UHGV virus genome: UHGV-0025827
DNA: 59,104 bases
Source: a virus
Reading direction: 5' to 3' (one strand)
Part shown: positions 47,335 through 57,510 of the stretch, in pieces
How positions within the stretch are numbered: position 1 is the stretch's first letter
Layout of the letters: every line of letters starts with the position of its first letter
Position numbers and translations under genes: made by a program
Notes under the pieces: model-generated
What the model saw: the letters and a program-made list of their open reading frames with translations, nothing else
What the model was told of the DNA's origin: nothing
Databases searched by the model: none

Positions 47335-48528
47335 ATGAACAACTGCTGTGAAAACGCGTACCAGGACGGCGGCACTATCAACCAGCCGCAAATCCTGGAC
47401 CCGGAAATCATCGGCGGCGTGTTGAAGGGTGTCACGCTTAATGATGGCGTGACACTCGACGATACTACAGCCAGCCAGCTGGCTAACCGCTTGTGCCCAA
47501 TCCTGCACGACTGCATCCTGGAAGCTGTTGAGGGGGCTACCCTGACGGGTATGACCCTGATTAACACCCAGCTGAAAGGTGCAGTAATGATGGATGCGGA
47601 CGCCATCAATTCTGTCATCTCTAACATCTGCGTCGGAATGAAGGACTGCATCATCACTGCGGTCCAGGACAACCTGCTGACAGGTCTGGAAGTCGATGGG
47701 ATGAAGGTTACGGGGCTGTCTGTTACTGGTGCTGTGACGCTGGACCTCGACGCCTCGAAAGCTATCGCTTCGGCAGTGAGCCAGCACCTGGACGACTACG
47801 TTCTCAGCGTGCTTACCGCAGGCATCATCGACGCCATCCGTCTGAGCAATGCGAGCATCAACGGTCTGAACCTGAAGGGTTCTGTGTCTCTGGATGATAC
47901 CGCTGCGCAGAGCATCGTGGACGGCATCTGTTCTAAGCTGACTGATTGTGTTCTGGATATCGTCAAGAACAACAGTCATGAAGGGCTGAAGCTGGTCGCC
48001 CCGGATATCTCTGGTGCGGTCAAGTTGGACCTGGATGCGGCGAACGCGATTGGCGAGGCACTGGCGCAGAAAATCACCGATGTGGTGAACGACGCGCTGA
48101 CCAGCGGTAAGCTGTGCTGCCTGCACATCGAAGGCGCAGAGATCAATAACAGCCACGGGACCAACAACACCTGGACCAACACCACGTTGAATGGTGATAC
48201 CACCATCAACGGCAACCTTACGCTGGATGCTGATGCAATTGGCAACCTGTGTACTGCATTGCAGCCGTGCATTGACGCACGGTTCGAAGAACTGCTGAAC
48301 ACTCGTGGCCGTGTGGTGACCGATAAGGAAACCATCCTGGGTAAAGGTACTGACGACGACCCGCTCCGCGCTAACCTGGAGACGGATATCGACGAGCGTC
48401 TGTTGCCTGCTGTGACTACGCAGACAGAGCTTCCGACGACCATCGTGGGTGGCCGTGACCAGCTGCTCGGCAAGCCGGATTATTATGTTCGCATCGGCAA
48501 ACATATCATCCCGGCTTGGAAGGGCTGA
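47335..48528 (+). CDS. repeat protein with about five tandem 55-aa repeats
   Basis: 397 aa; repeated unit L.G..L.GAV.LD.DA...I...IC..L.DC.L..V; GGGGAG RBS. Confidence 0.65.
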   Translation: MNNCCENAYQDGGTINQPQILDPEIIGGVLKGVTLNDGVTLDDTTASQLANRLCPILHDCILEAVEGATLTGMTLINTQLKGAVMMDADAINSVISNICVGMKDCIITAVQDNLLTGLEVDGMKVTGLSVTGAVTLDLDASKAIASAVSQHLDDYVLSVLTAGIIDAIRLSNASINGLNLKGSVSLDDTAAQSIVDGICSKLTDCVLDIVKNNSHEGLKLVAPDISGAVKLDLDAANAIGEALAQKITDVVNDALTSGKLCCLHIEGAEINNSHGTNNTWTNTTLNGDTTINGNLTLDADAIGNLCTALQPCIDARFEELLNTRGRVVTDKETILGKGTDDDPLRANLETDIDERLLPAVTTQTELPTTIVGGRDQLLGKPDYYVRIGKHIIPAWKG

Positions 48529-48551
48529 TAAATCTCTGTTAGTATATAAGC

Positions 48552-48578
48552 GCCCCCTGTTTATGGGGGCTTAACTGG
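48552..48578 (+). terminator. hairpin terminator candidate
   Basis: GCCCCC-tgtttat-GGGGGC followed by TTAACT (weak U-tract). Confidence 0.4.
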
Positions 48579-48586
48579 AGGCAGTT

Positions 48587-48760
48587 ATGGCAAGACGACC
48601 AATGGCAATGCCGCTCTTTGAGCCGACTTGTGATCGTCGTCAGTTCCTGGCCGAGCGGGATGAGATGCGTGAGATGGTGCGGCAAGACAAGCGTTGCCAC
48701 AAAATCAACACCCGCCCAGGTTTTCAGAAGCTGGCTAACATGAAATTCAATCGGGGATAA
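48587..48760 (+). CDS. small ORF (57 aa)
   Basis: Strong GGAGG RBS; below the 60-aa cut-off of the supplied track. Confidence 0.4.
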   Translation: MARRPMAMPLFEPTCDRRQFLAERDEMREMVRQDKRCHKINTRPGFQKLANMKFNRG

Positions 48761-48764
48761 TATT

Positions 48765-48920
48765 ATGGCTTGTGCAGCATGTGGTAACAAAGCGCGTCGC
48801 CCAATGCGTAGTACCGTTGGAAAACCCGTTAACCAGTCCCAGCCTGCTCGTTCTGGTTCCACCAGCAACAATGACCGTGGACGCAGCCGTGTGACTGGCT
48901 TGCGCTGGAACAGCAAATGA
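48765..48920 (+). CDS. small basic ORF (51 aa)
   Basis: ATG embedded in GGGGATAATATTATGG; Arg/Lys-rich; stop overlaps the next start. Confidence 0.4.
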   Translation: MACAACGNKARRPMRSTVGKPVNQSQPARSGSTSNNDRGRSRVTGLRWNSK

Positions 48921-49174
48921 TTAAGCCTGGCAAACGCGAAGCGGACCTTATGCTTACCCTGCCCCGTAATGAGGCAGGGTTCGGTGCGTTTGTCACGGCG
49001 CTCAAGCAACACCGGGACAAATGTGTACAGGAGTTTAACGTCGCTGCATCGCGAACTGTGTTCGACGAGTCAGTGCGTCCGGCAGCACTCACTGCTTCTG
49101 GACAGGTTAAAGCTCTGAATGATGTAATTGAACTACTCGACAGACTTACTGTGGGAGGCACCGATGGTAGATGA
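48917..49174 (+). CDS. hypothetical protein (85 aa)
   Basis: Coupled to neighbouring genes. Confidence 0.5.
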   Translation: MIKPGKREADLMLTLPRNEAGFGAFVTALKQHRDKCVQEFNVAASRTVFDESVRPAALTASGQVKALNDVIELLDRLTVGGTDGR

Positions 49175-50192
49175 AGTGAAGATCGCCCCACGCCGTCATC
49201 ATGGCGTAGAAGCGGCAAAACAATTCCGTGAGCAGAATGCTGCGGTATATAGCGAACCTGGCGCAGAGCCAGCGGCCCCGGCACCAGCAGAGCCAGCAGC
49301 ACCAGCTCCGGCACCTGCACCAGCTCCGGCAGAGCCAGCAGCACCAGCTCCGGCAGCACCTGTTGACCTCAACATCTTTGACTTCGGGCTGGACCCAGCT
49401 GCTCCGGCAGCAGCGGACCCGACCCAGCCGAGCGAGCGCGAACTCCAGCTCCAGCAGGAGATTGAACAGCTTCGCGCACAGAACGGGCAGCTGACTGCCG
49501 CACAGCAGCAGGCACTGGAACATCACCAGGCAGAACAACAGGAGCTGGAAGAACTCCGCGCACTGCGTCGTCAGCTGGAAGTTGACAAGCTGATGAGCCT
49601 GGAAGGTCTGGAGATGGAAACCATCGACCCGGCAGCAGCACAGGAGATTGGTGCGAAGGTTATTCGTCCGGTACTGGAACGCCAGCAGCAGGCGTTTGAG
49701 AAACGTCTTGCCGAAGTGCAGAGCACGCTGGAAGCTGACCGCAAAGAGCGTGAGCAGCTGGTGTCTCGCATGACTGAAGGTGAGCGTAACGCTATGCGTA
49801 ACGCCACGAACGAGAAGATTTTTGCGGCGCATCCTGACTTCGCACAGCTGCGCGGCACTAATGAATTTAACCAGTTCTTGAACTCAACCGTGCGTGGTTC
49901 TTCATTAAAGCTGGAGAAATTGATTGCAGATGAGTACCATAGCGGCAATGCCGAGTTTGTTATTCAGGCAATCAACGAGTTTAAGAAAGGGCGTCCGAGC
50001 CTCGAAGATGTAGCGTCTGTACAGGCGGCGGGCACAGGGTCTGAACCAGCGAGCGGCGCGGATGATGAACCGCAGTTCACTGAGGATGATGTGGCAAAGT
50101 GGAACCAGATGGTTGTTACGGGTGATATGACTCGTGCTGAGTTCCGTGAAAACATGGCTAAGTATCGGGCAGCACGCGCTCCCGCCAAATAA
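49164..50192 (+). CDS. scaffolding protein candidate
   Basis: 342 aa from ATG 49164 (GGAGG RBS); N-terminal PAPAPA/EPAAPAP repeats then a long coiled-coil; located just upstream of the capsid gene. Confidence 0.6.
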   Translation: MVDEVKIAPRRHHGVEAAKQFREQNAAVYSEPGAEPAAPAPAEPAAPAPAPAPAPAEPAAPAPAAPVDLNIFDFGLDPAAPAAADPTQPSERELQLQQEIEQLRAQNGQLTAAQQQALEHHQAEQQELEELRALRRQLEVDKLMSLEGLEMETIDPAAAQEIGAKVIRPVLERQQQAFEKRLAEVQSTLEADRKEREQLVSRMTEGERNAMRNATNEKIFAAHPDFAQLRGTNEFNQFLNSTVRGSSLKLEKLIADEYHSGNAEFVIQAINEFKKGRPSLEDVASVQAAGTGSEPASGADDEPQFTEDDVAKWNQMVVTGDMTRAEFRENMAKYRAARAPAK

Positions 50193-50209
50193 GCTAAATA
50201 GGAGTTATT

Positions 50210-51163
50210 ATGCCTGGCTTTAAATCTGCATCGGGTTATGGTGGCCTGGAGTCTACCCCGTTAGCGCAAATTGGTTATTACAACCAGATTATTGCGCAGG
50301 CGTGGGAGCGCGACTTCCTTCCAGAAATCACCAATACCGAAATCGACGAGCGTCTGACTGAGTGTAATCAGACGGTTCAATTCGTTCGCCAGCCGAAAGT
50401 CGGCAAATGGCGTCGTTACGAAAAGAACCAGGAACTGATCGCTAACCAGCTGACGCCTGAAGGCTTCACTCTGGAAATCTGCAACGCGGCGTACCAGGAT
50501 ATCAAAATCGACAAGATGGATATCAAGCGTGCGTGCGAACGCTGGTCTGCCTGGGAAGCATCATTCCTGGAATCCACCTACCAGTCTCTGACTGAGATGT
50601 GGCGTACCTGGGTTCTGACTGCGATGGTGCTGGAAGCCTCGCCGGAGAACAAAGGTAACAACGCGGGTATCCGTGGTGACGTACAGCTGGGACAGCCTGG
50701 TGCTCCGCTGACCGTGACACCGGACAACGTACAGCGTGCGTTTGCGCGTCTGCAACGTATCCTGCGTGACCGCCACCGTTGGGAAGAAGACAAGATGTTC
50801 GTCATCATCCCGACTGCACTGAAAGAAGTGCTGTCCATGTCTCCGTATGCACGCGCAGACTGGATGGGCGATTGCGTGTCCTGCTCCATGAACATCGACG
50901 GTCTACTGCCGCGTAAGCTGTGGGGCTTCAACGTGATTGAATCCACCTACGCGCCGACTGCTGTCGATAGCACTGGCGAGCTGGCGTACTACATCATCGC
51001 TGGTCACCGTGAAGCGTATGCCTTCGCCGCCGATATTATCGAAGGCCGTCTGGTAGAACCTTCTCGTACCTTCGGCGTTGAGTATCAGATGCTGGCGGTG
51101 TGGGGCGGCAAGGCGATCTTTGACGACGCCCTGGCGATTGGCTACTGGACCTTCGGAGAGTAA
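50210..51163 (+). CDS. major capsid protein candidate
   Basis: 317 aa; AGGAG RBS; position after the scaffold; part of the abundant-transcript block ended by the strong terminator at 51865. Confidence 0.55.
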   Translation: MPGFKSASGYGGLESTPLAQIGYYNQIIAQAWERDFLPEITNTEIDERLTECNQTVQFVRQPKVGKWRRYEKNQELIANQLTPEGFTLEICNAAYQDIKIDKMDIKRACERWSAWEASFLESTYQSLTEMWRTWVLTAMVLEASPENKGNNAGIRGDVQLGQPGAPLTVTPDNVQRAFARLQRILRDRHRWEEDKMFVIIPTALKEVLSMSPYARADWMGDCVSCSMNIDGLLPRKLWGFNVIESTYAPTAVDSTGELAYYIIAGHREAYAFAADIIEGRLVEPSRTFGVEYQMLAVWGGKAIFDDALAIGYWTFGE

Positions 51164-51167
51164 TATT

Positions 51168-51833
51168 ATGGCCGATGTAAAACTGTTTATTGGCGGTACA
51201 CCTAACCCGCTGTTCCCTAACCCGGATGGCCGTAACCAGTATCGTGAGCCGCACGCACGCCGTGTGGCATACGAATACGCGAACGGCGAGTTCACCCTGG
51301 GTTGGCCGCTGAACCCGAAAGAGCAGAACTACCAGCGCGTTGAGCTGGGTGACGCTGACCTGAAGGTAGGCGACTTGATCATGCTGTACGTTGTACCGCA
51401 GGAACACCTGCTGACCAGCGTACTGGCGCGTGTGGACGACATTGACGCCCGCTTTGCTGGTGCTACGCTGAAGCCTTCTGCGAAGCTGTACGACTCCGCC
51501 ACCGGAGAGTACACCGACTCAGACGTGCTTGACGCACTGTTCGACAACCTGACTCTCGTAGAGAAGCATGTTGCCTTCGCGCAGCTCAAAGCATCCAGCA
51601 TCACCATCCCGGCTGCGGATGTGAAAGCAACGGACGGCACTGTAGTTGGCCGTACCCCGGAGCAGACCATTACCACTGAAGGCGGTTACTTCGTACCGAC
51701 TGGTAAGACTCTGGTCCTGGGCTTCAAAGTCACTGCCCTGCCTACCGACACCACGCAGAAGTTCTCGCTCATGCAGGCTTCAGCTTCCCTGGTGGCGAAA
51801 GTGTCTGGCTTTGACATTCCGTCCGCTGTCTAA
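51168..51833 (+). CDS. head protein (decoration or second capsid component candidate)
   Basis: 221 aa; ATG embedded in GTAATATTATGG; followed by the strongest terminator in the window. Confidence 0.55.
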   Translation: MADVKLFIGGTPNPLFPNPDGRNQYREPHARRVAYEYANGEFTLGWPLNPKEQNYQRVELGDADLKVGDLIMLYVVPQEHLLTSVLARVDDIDARFAGATLKPSAKLYDSATGEYTDSDVLDALFDNLTLVEKHVAFAQLKASSITIPAADVKATDGTVVGRTPEQTITTEGGYFVPTGKTLVLGFKVTALPTDTTQKFSLMQASASLVAKVSGFDIPSAV

Positions 51834-51864
51834 TGTAGACGGTGAGTGTGAAGTGAGCTATATT

Positions 51865-51892
51865 GGGAGCTGTCACAGGCTCCCTTTTTATT
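51865..51892 (+). terminator. rho-independent terminator
   Basis: GGGAGC-tgtcacag-GCTCCC followed by TTTTTATT. Confidence 0.8.
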
Positions 51893-51903
51893 GAGGAAAG
51901 GCT

Positions 51904-52104
51904 ATGAAAACGATTGGTCTGACTGCGACACAAGCGCATACCCCGAAAGGTCGTCCGTCTACTAAGCTCCGCGCTGGCGGAATGGGCAGCAGTTCGCTGG
52001 GTACAAAGAGCACAGTAGTTACCCGCCTGAAGGCTGGTAACATGGGACATAAATCACAGCGTCGTAATCCGAAAGCAGTGACCGGGTTACGCGCACCGAA
52101 GTAA
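51904..52104 (+). CDS. small very basic protein (66 aa)
   Basis: GAGGAAAGG RBS; Lys/Arg/Thr-rich. Confidence 0.5.
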   Translation: MKTIGLTATQAHTPKGRPSTKLRAGGMGSSSLGTKSTVVTRLKAGNMGHKSQRRNPKAVTGLRAPK

Positions 52105-52116
52105 GAGGTGACAACG

Positions 52117-52812
52117 ATGGTACAACCAGTATCCCGCGCAGAAGAACTTGAACGTAGCAACAGCTCAGTATTCGCTGAACGTCAGGAAGAACTCGAAGCG
52201 ATGGCGGACAAGATGCCTAAGCGCGTCGCTGGCCAGTTCCCGTATCTGATGGAGAAGAACACTGGCGTTATCCACCCATACACCGAAGCGATGGCCGAGC
52301 GCTCTGACCTGGTGATTGGGTGCTATAACCTGGAAGGATCGCGCAACCCCGACGACGCTGACCCGTACTACAACCCGCAGGCTATTGTCATGCGTGAAGA
52401 ACGTGCGCGTCGTGTAGAGTCGGTTGGCCCGCGCAATGCCGCCGAGGCGAAAGCTGCGGCAGCAGAAGAAACGGGTCGTATCCGCCGCGAAGAACGTGCG
52501 CGTGCTGACGCTGAACTGGAAGAACGTTTGGCTGCTGAACGCGAACGTATCCGCCAGGAGCTGCTTGCGGAGATGCAACCGACACCAGCTCCTGTCCAGG
52601 ATGAGCCACAGACTACTGAGAAGAAGGCTACGGCTAAGAAGGGCAGTGCCAAGAAAGGCGCAGCTGCTAAGAAGGACCAGGCCACCACGGCTGCTCCAGA
52701 CGCGCCAGCTGCTCCTGAGACTCCAGCAGTCGAGCAAGTGGCTGACACCCAGGCCACTGAGGCTGGCGGTGAACCTGACCTGAATGCTGCGTTCCAGGCG
52801 GCTATGGAATAA
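52117..52812 (+). CDS. hypothetical head/neck protein with a Lys/Ala-rich tail
   Basis: About 231 aa; AAGAGG RBS; KKATAKKGSAKKGAAAKK histone-H1-like segment. Confidence 0.55.
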   Translation: MVQPVSRAEELERSNSSVFAERQEELEAMADKMPKRVAGQFPYLMEKNTGVIHPYTEAMAERSDLVIGCYNLEGSRNPDDADPYYNPQAIVMREERARRVESVGPRNAAEAKAAAAEETGRIRREERARADAELEERLAAERERIRQELLAEMQPTPAPVQDEPQTTEKKATAKKGSAKKGAAAKKDQATTAAPDAPAAPETPAVEQVADTQATEAGGEPDLNAAFQAAME

Positions 52813-52821
52813 GGAGTTGCT

Positions 52822-53493
52822 ATGTCTTTAGAGTCGCTAGTCGAGCAAATCACTAGCGACCTCAATGACAGCGAAAATGGCCACGAGAATACTACGTGGT
52901 CAGCAGACGATATCCGGGTGTGGGTCGGCGAGGGCGTTAGCCTTGTGTACGACAAACGCCCGGATTTGTTTATGGAGCGCGTAATCATTGAGGTCGAGAA
53001 CTGTTCTATCATCCAGGACAGTTGTGATTGCGATATTTTCCGCCGCGTGATTGGCCAGGTGAATGAGAAGGGTCGCCTGCTTCGCACGCTGCGTCAACGT
53101 GGGCTGGAGATTTCGTTCCAGTGGACTGGCAAGCCGTGTCGCCCGAAGCACACTCCAGGGCAGACTGACTTCAAACTTGAGAGTTATGCCATTGACACTG
53201 TGACCGATACCTTATATCTCTGGCCTGAAGTCCCACCTGGCTTCAAAGTATGGGTAGAGGTTGAGTGCTCCCATCGTCCCAGCCAGGAAGAACTGGAGTC
53301 GGGCAGCTACGAGATTCCTTCGGGGGCGCTGGTGGCCGTTAAGCAATGGGCATTGTGGCGAGCGAAAAGTGTGGATATGGAAATCTCCACAGGCGCAACC
53401 GCCGCAGCACAACTGCACTATCGTGCGTTCTTCGAAGCACTCGGACTGTCCGCAGAAACTACCACCGTTATCCATAAACGGGAGAGAGACTGA
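52822..53493 (+). CDS. hypothetical structural protein
   Basis: 223 aa; AAGGAG RBS. Confidence 0.55.
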   Translation: MSLESLVEQITSDLNDSENGHENTTWSADDIRVWVGEGVSLVYDKRPDLFMERVIIEVENCSIIQDSCDCDIFRRVIGQVNEKGRLLRTLRQRGLEISFQWTGKPCRPKHTPGQTDFKLESYAIDTVTDTLYLWPEVPPGFKVWVEVECSHRPSQEELESGSYEIPSGALVAVKQWALWRAKSVDMEISTGATAAAQLHYRAFFEALGLSAETTTVIHKRERD

Positions 53494-54134
53494 TGGATGC
53501 CGTAGTGTACGACGCATACCCGAAAGTCGAGCTGTCAGTGTTCTTGCCGGAACTACAGCTCGAAATTCCAGAGCTGCCCGATGACATTCTTATGCACTAT
53601 GTCAGGAAGGCAGCGATTGAGTTCTGCGAACGCAGCCACGTATTGCAGCGGGAGATTACAATCTGCCTCCAGCAATGCGTGCCCAACTACCTGCTGGAGT
53701 CGCCAGACTGTACCCGCATCGTGAGCGTCAGTGGCATCTGCCGCGCCTGTGGTGCGCCGTATGAACGTGTGACGAGTAAGCCCTGCCACATCCCCTGCCT
53801 GAATCGTATGGCGTGGTGGGACCGTAACGAGGGAAGTATCTGGTTACACCCCGCGCCAGCGGAAGGCAGTAATATTATGGTTCGTGTATCTGTAGCCCCG
53901 GAGCAGGACGCCTGCGAGGTGGATGCCATACTGCATGATAAGTTCCACGAAGCCATCCTGGCAGGCGCACGCCATTTTCTGTACGCTATCCCCCGCAGAG
54001 CCTGGACCAGCCAGACATTCTCCGACAGCTGTCGGCAAGAGTTCGACAGGCGCATCGCATCGGCTGGCATTGACAGATTGTTTGGCGGGCAGCAGGGCAC
54101 TGTCCGCATGAAGAATATCTTCCACCGGAGGTAA
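53493..54134 (+). CDS. hypothetical structural protein
   Basis: 213 aa; ATGA coupling. Confidence 0.55.
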   Translation: MDAVVYDAYPKVELSVFLPELQLEIPELPDDILMHYVRKAAIEFCERSHVLQREITICLQQCVPNYLLESPDCTRIVSVSGICRACGAPYERVTSKPCHIPCLNRMAWWDRNEGSIWLHPAPAEGSNIMVRVSVAPEQDACEVDAILHDKFHEAILAGARHFLYAIPRRAWTSQTFSDSCRQEFDRRIASAGIDRLFGGQQGTVRMKNIFHRR

Positions 54135-54136
54135 GA

Positions 54137-55423
54137 ATGAATAAGTGTCGGACTACCAGAAAGAACCAGCACTGTGGTGTCGAGGTTGTGCAGGAGCCAT
54201 CCCGCACACCATGTGACCCCATCAATGTGTGCCTGGGCTTTGGTCGTTCACTCGTGTGGTCCGGTAACTGCCCCGAAGTCAGGGGCACCCCCACCATTGA
54301 GGATGGGTGGTATGGCCAGGTGCATGTGGTGGACGGGTGTATCGTGGATGCAAGGGACGCGCAGATTCCGGTGTACACGCCTGCGCCCTGTGCCCCTGCC
54401 GCCTCACCGTGTGAAGATGGTGGCTCGTCCAGCGTTGTCCTGAATCCGGCAGCGTGCAACCTGCTGACCTTCACCAGCGGTATGCTGGATGCGCGGCTCC
54501 ACTTCGGTGACTCGACTGGCGTGACAGTAACCGGGTGCGGCACTGCGAACGACCCGCTGCGCTTCTCGGTGGAAGTGGATAGTGGCAGCGTGTTCGTGAA
54601 GTCTGGTTCCCCGCAAGTCATCGGTGTCGAGGGTGATGGCACTATGGCGAATCCGTTCACGATCTCCCTGGCCAACGGACCACTCGACGCCGGATGGCAT
54701 GGTGCCTACGAGATTGACATGTATGGCCGTGTCATCGGTTTCGACGCAACGCGTACCGGACTTATTGAGGGCGTGAACGATGGCGAGGGTATCGAGCTGA
54801 AGGTAGAGGCTGGTATCCTCACCGCCAACCTGAAGGATGTGAACGTGGTAGCGGGCCAGTACACCACTGGTGGCTACACCTACACGGTTAACTCGAAAGG
54901 GCAGGTGACCAACATCCGCCGTGATATCACCATCACCGAGGATACCTACCAGCTGGGTAGCTATAATGTTACGGTCAATGCCTACGGTTCTATCACGCGG
55001 ATTGAGCCAGTTAACGTCGATAACTCCGCTATCCCGGATACATTCGTAGGCTCATTCCGTGGCCAGTCCAGTTCGACAGACACAGAGCGCGAGATGACCT
55101 TCACGACTGAGCTGGATGGCCCGCTTCATGTCGAGTACCGTGGGTTGCTCGGACGGACTGACCTCGACCCTGGTATGGCTATGACGTTCCCCAGCGGGTA
55201 CAGCATCGCCGTAGACGGGATTATGATGACCGACCCGCTCATCGAAGTGGTGGGTGTGTTCACCAGTGATGGAGTTGGCGGGAACGCTATCGTAGCCATC
55301 CGTGCGACAACCATGAACGCCGTGGCTGCTGGCCAGCATACCATCACCGTCACCGCGCCGACAGCGACGATCACCCAGCGCGACGGCTTCATGCGTGCGC
55401 AGATTGTGGGCAGGGGGGCATAA
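54137..55423 (+). CDS. hypothetical structural protein (428 aa, beta-rich)
   Basis: Gly/Thr/Val-rich, typical of tail or tube-like proteins. Confidence 0.6.
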   Translation: MNKCRTTRKNQHCGVEVVQEPSRTPCDPINVCLGFGRSLVWSGNCPEVRGTPTIEDGWYGQVHVVDGCIVDARDAQIPVYTPAPCAPAASPCEDGGSSSVVLNPAACNLLTFTSGMLDARLHFGDSTGVTVTGCGTANDPLRFSVEVDSGSVFVKSGSPQVIGVEGDGTMANPFTISLANGPLDAGWHGAYEIDMYGRVIGFDATRTGLIEGVNDGEGIELKVEAGILTANLKDVNVVAGQYTTGGYTYTVNSKGQVTNIRRDITITEDTYQLGSYNVTVNAYGSITRIEPVNVDNSAIPDTFVGSFRGQSSSTDTEREMTFTTELDGPLHVEYRGLLGRTDLDPGMAMTFPSGYSIAVDGIMMTDPLIEVVGVFTSDGVGGNAIVAIRATTMNAVAAGQHTITVTAPTATITQRDGFMRAQIVGRGA

Positions 55424-57051
55424 TGATTATCGACACGTTCCGTGGTATCTCGCCGCGTACTCCAGAGCATGTCCTGGGGCGCGGCCTCGCCACCAGAGCG
55501 CACAACGTTGACCTGTCTCATGGCTCCCTGCACGCGTGGCGGGAACCGCTCCCTGTGCGCCAGCTGCCAGCAGGGACGATGACCCTGGAGATGTACGGCT
55601 GCTGCGCCTACGGGTGGGACTCGTGCGTTAGCGTAGCGCGTTGGCTACCGGACTGCCCGCGTCTGTACGTCACCGGGCGTGAGGACTACCCGGAGGTCGG
55701 GCTTGTGTCGCTGAACGACTGTGGCATTGAGTACCAGCGCCTGGGCGTTCCGATGCCGAGCACACTGCCGCTCGTGTCGTACATCACTGTCCCGGACAAA
55801 ACCGTGGAGTCTGCCATCCGCTACTACGTCTTCACCTACGTGAACAACCTGGGCGAAGAAAGCGCACCGTCCTATCCCAGCTCGGCGCTGACCGTCAACG
55901 ATGGCCAGGCTGTGACCGTATCGGGGTGGGCAGCGCAGTCACCGGAGTACAAGGTCGAGAAGGTCCGCATCTATCGCCTGGCCACCGGGTTCCGTACTGG
56001 CGCAGAGAAGGAGCAGGAGTTCACCAGCGACTACCTCCTGGTCGATGAAGTGCCTGTGACGCAGGGGCAGTATGTGGACAGCAAGAAAGACCTGGACCTC
56101 CAGTGGGCGCTGAACACCAGGGAAGTGCGCGAGCCACCAGCGAACCTCCAGCAGATCACCGCCATCGACGGCGTGGCCACGCTGGTTGGGTTCGTCGGTA
56201 ACAAGCTGTACTTCACGAAGAACGGTCAGCCGTGGAACTGGCCACTGGAGCTGGAGGTCACGCTGGACGATAACATTGTCGGGCTGGCAGCGGATGACGG
56301 TAAGCTCTATATCACCACTACCGGGCGTCCATACGTGGTCGATGGCATCGCAGATTGCGGCGACAGGCCATGCCGCCCCGTTGTTAAGTCGGATTACCCG
56401 TTCGCGGATATCGGCTGTGGCTATGCGCATTCGCGTACCATCACGCCGTTCGGCCTCGTTTACGCATCCGCCGAGGGGTTGGTACTGCTAAACAGCCGCG
56501 AGGCTCCTACGGTGCTTACAGACCCCGTACTGGCGGCAAGGGATTGGGCTGTACTCCGCCCTGACACGACTCGCCTTGCGTACTGGCGCGGCTGGATTAT
56601 CTGCGTGACCGATGAGGTGTCGTTCATGTTCCTCATGGACCGACGCACCTACCAGGAGCAGGCGTCTATTGCGGACATGACCACCATCTCGGACACTCCG
56701 GTGGATATGGTGCTGAGTGATTCAGGTGCGTTACTTCTACTAGGCAGTGATGGTATAGTGTCGCAGTGGGATGCCGGGACGACCTACAGGCCATACGAAT
56801 GGGTATGCCCAATCTATGTAGGCTCGCATCACTGGTGGCCCGCCGCAATGGTGGAGGTGGATGGCTCAACGGTGATTACCATTGAGGGCGAGAACGGAGC
56901 ACTGTTCTCCCGCACTATCTCCAGCAACAGAGCATTCAGGACAAAGCGCCTGGGACGAAACAGAAAACACTACGTCCGTCTGGCCGGGACAGGTGAGGTA
57001 ACATTCATCCGCATGGGCGAGACGATGGTAGAGGAAAGCAACGGGAGATAA
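55423..57051 (+). CDS. hypothetical structural protein (542 aa)
   Basis: Start overlaps the upstream stop within GGGCATAATGATTATC. Confidence 0.6.
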   Translation: MIIDTFRGISPRTPEHVLGRGLATRAHNVDLSHGSLHAWREPLPVRQLPAGTMTLEMYGCCAYGWDSCVSVARWLPDCPRLYVTGREDYPEVGLVSLNDCGIEYQRLGVPMPSTLPLVSYITVPDKTVESAIRYYVFTYVNNLGEESAPSYPSSALTVNDGQAVTVSGWAAQSPEYKVEKVRIYRLATGFRTGAEKEQEFTSDYLLVDEVPVTQGQYVDSKKDLDLQWALNTREVREPPANLQQITAIDGVATLVGFVGNKLYFTKNGQPWNWPLELEVTLDDNIVGLAADDGKLYITTTGRPYVVDGIADCGDRPCRPVVKSDYPFADIGCGYAHSRTITPFGLVYASAEGLVLLNSREAPTVLTDPVLAARDWAVLRPDTTRLAYWRGWIICVTDEVSFMFLMDRRTYQEQASIADMTTISDTPVDMVLSDSGALLLLGSDGIVSQWDAGTTYRPYEWVCPIYVGSHHWWPAAMVEVDGSTVITIEGENGALFSRTISSNRAFRTKRLGRNRKHYVRLAGTGEVTFIRMGETMVEESNGR

Positions 57052-57053
57052 CG

Positions 57054-57506
57054 ATGGCAGCGTGCAAACTGATGTGGTGTCCGAAAGACCCGGAGGAACT
57101 GGCGAAGTTCCTCACCGACGACTTCGGTCCACTTCTGGCAGAGCATTGGGACAAAGAGACAGCGCGTACAGGCGTGCCACACGGGCTGGATGTTCCGGCC
57201 TTCATGGCAGCGTGGGAGCAGCGTGGCGTGGCGCTCATCATGGCGTATGACGGCGATAAGGCGGTGGGCTTCATGCCACTGTATATCTTCCGTCCGCTGT
57301 TCATGATGGTGACCGCAGTGACCGTCGAGCGCTGGTACTCGCAGACGCTTGAGGCGGAGCAATCCATGTTCGACTATCTGGTGTCAGTGTTGCCAGTGCT
57401 CGGCGTGGACCAGGTGCATGTGGCCCAGCATAGTGGCCAGCGCATCCCGGCCAACGTCCCACTCGACAGCTCGGACCAATACCAGATGTGCAGACTGAAG
57501 GTATAA
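57054..57506 (+). CDS. hypothetical protein (150 aa)
   Basis: Coupled start. Confidence 0.5.
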   Translation: MAACKLMWCPKDPEELAKFLTDDFGPLLAEHWDKETARTGVPHGLDVPAFMAAWEQRGVALIMAYDGDKAVGFMPLYIFRPLFMMVTAVTVERWYSQTLEAEQSMFDYLVSVLPVLGVDQVHVAQHSGQRIPANVPLDSSDQYQMCRLKV

Positions 57507-57510
57507 TATT

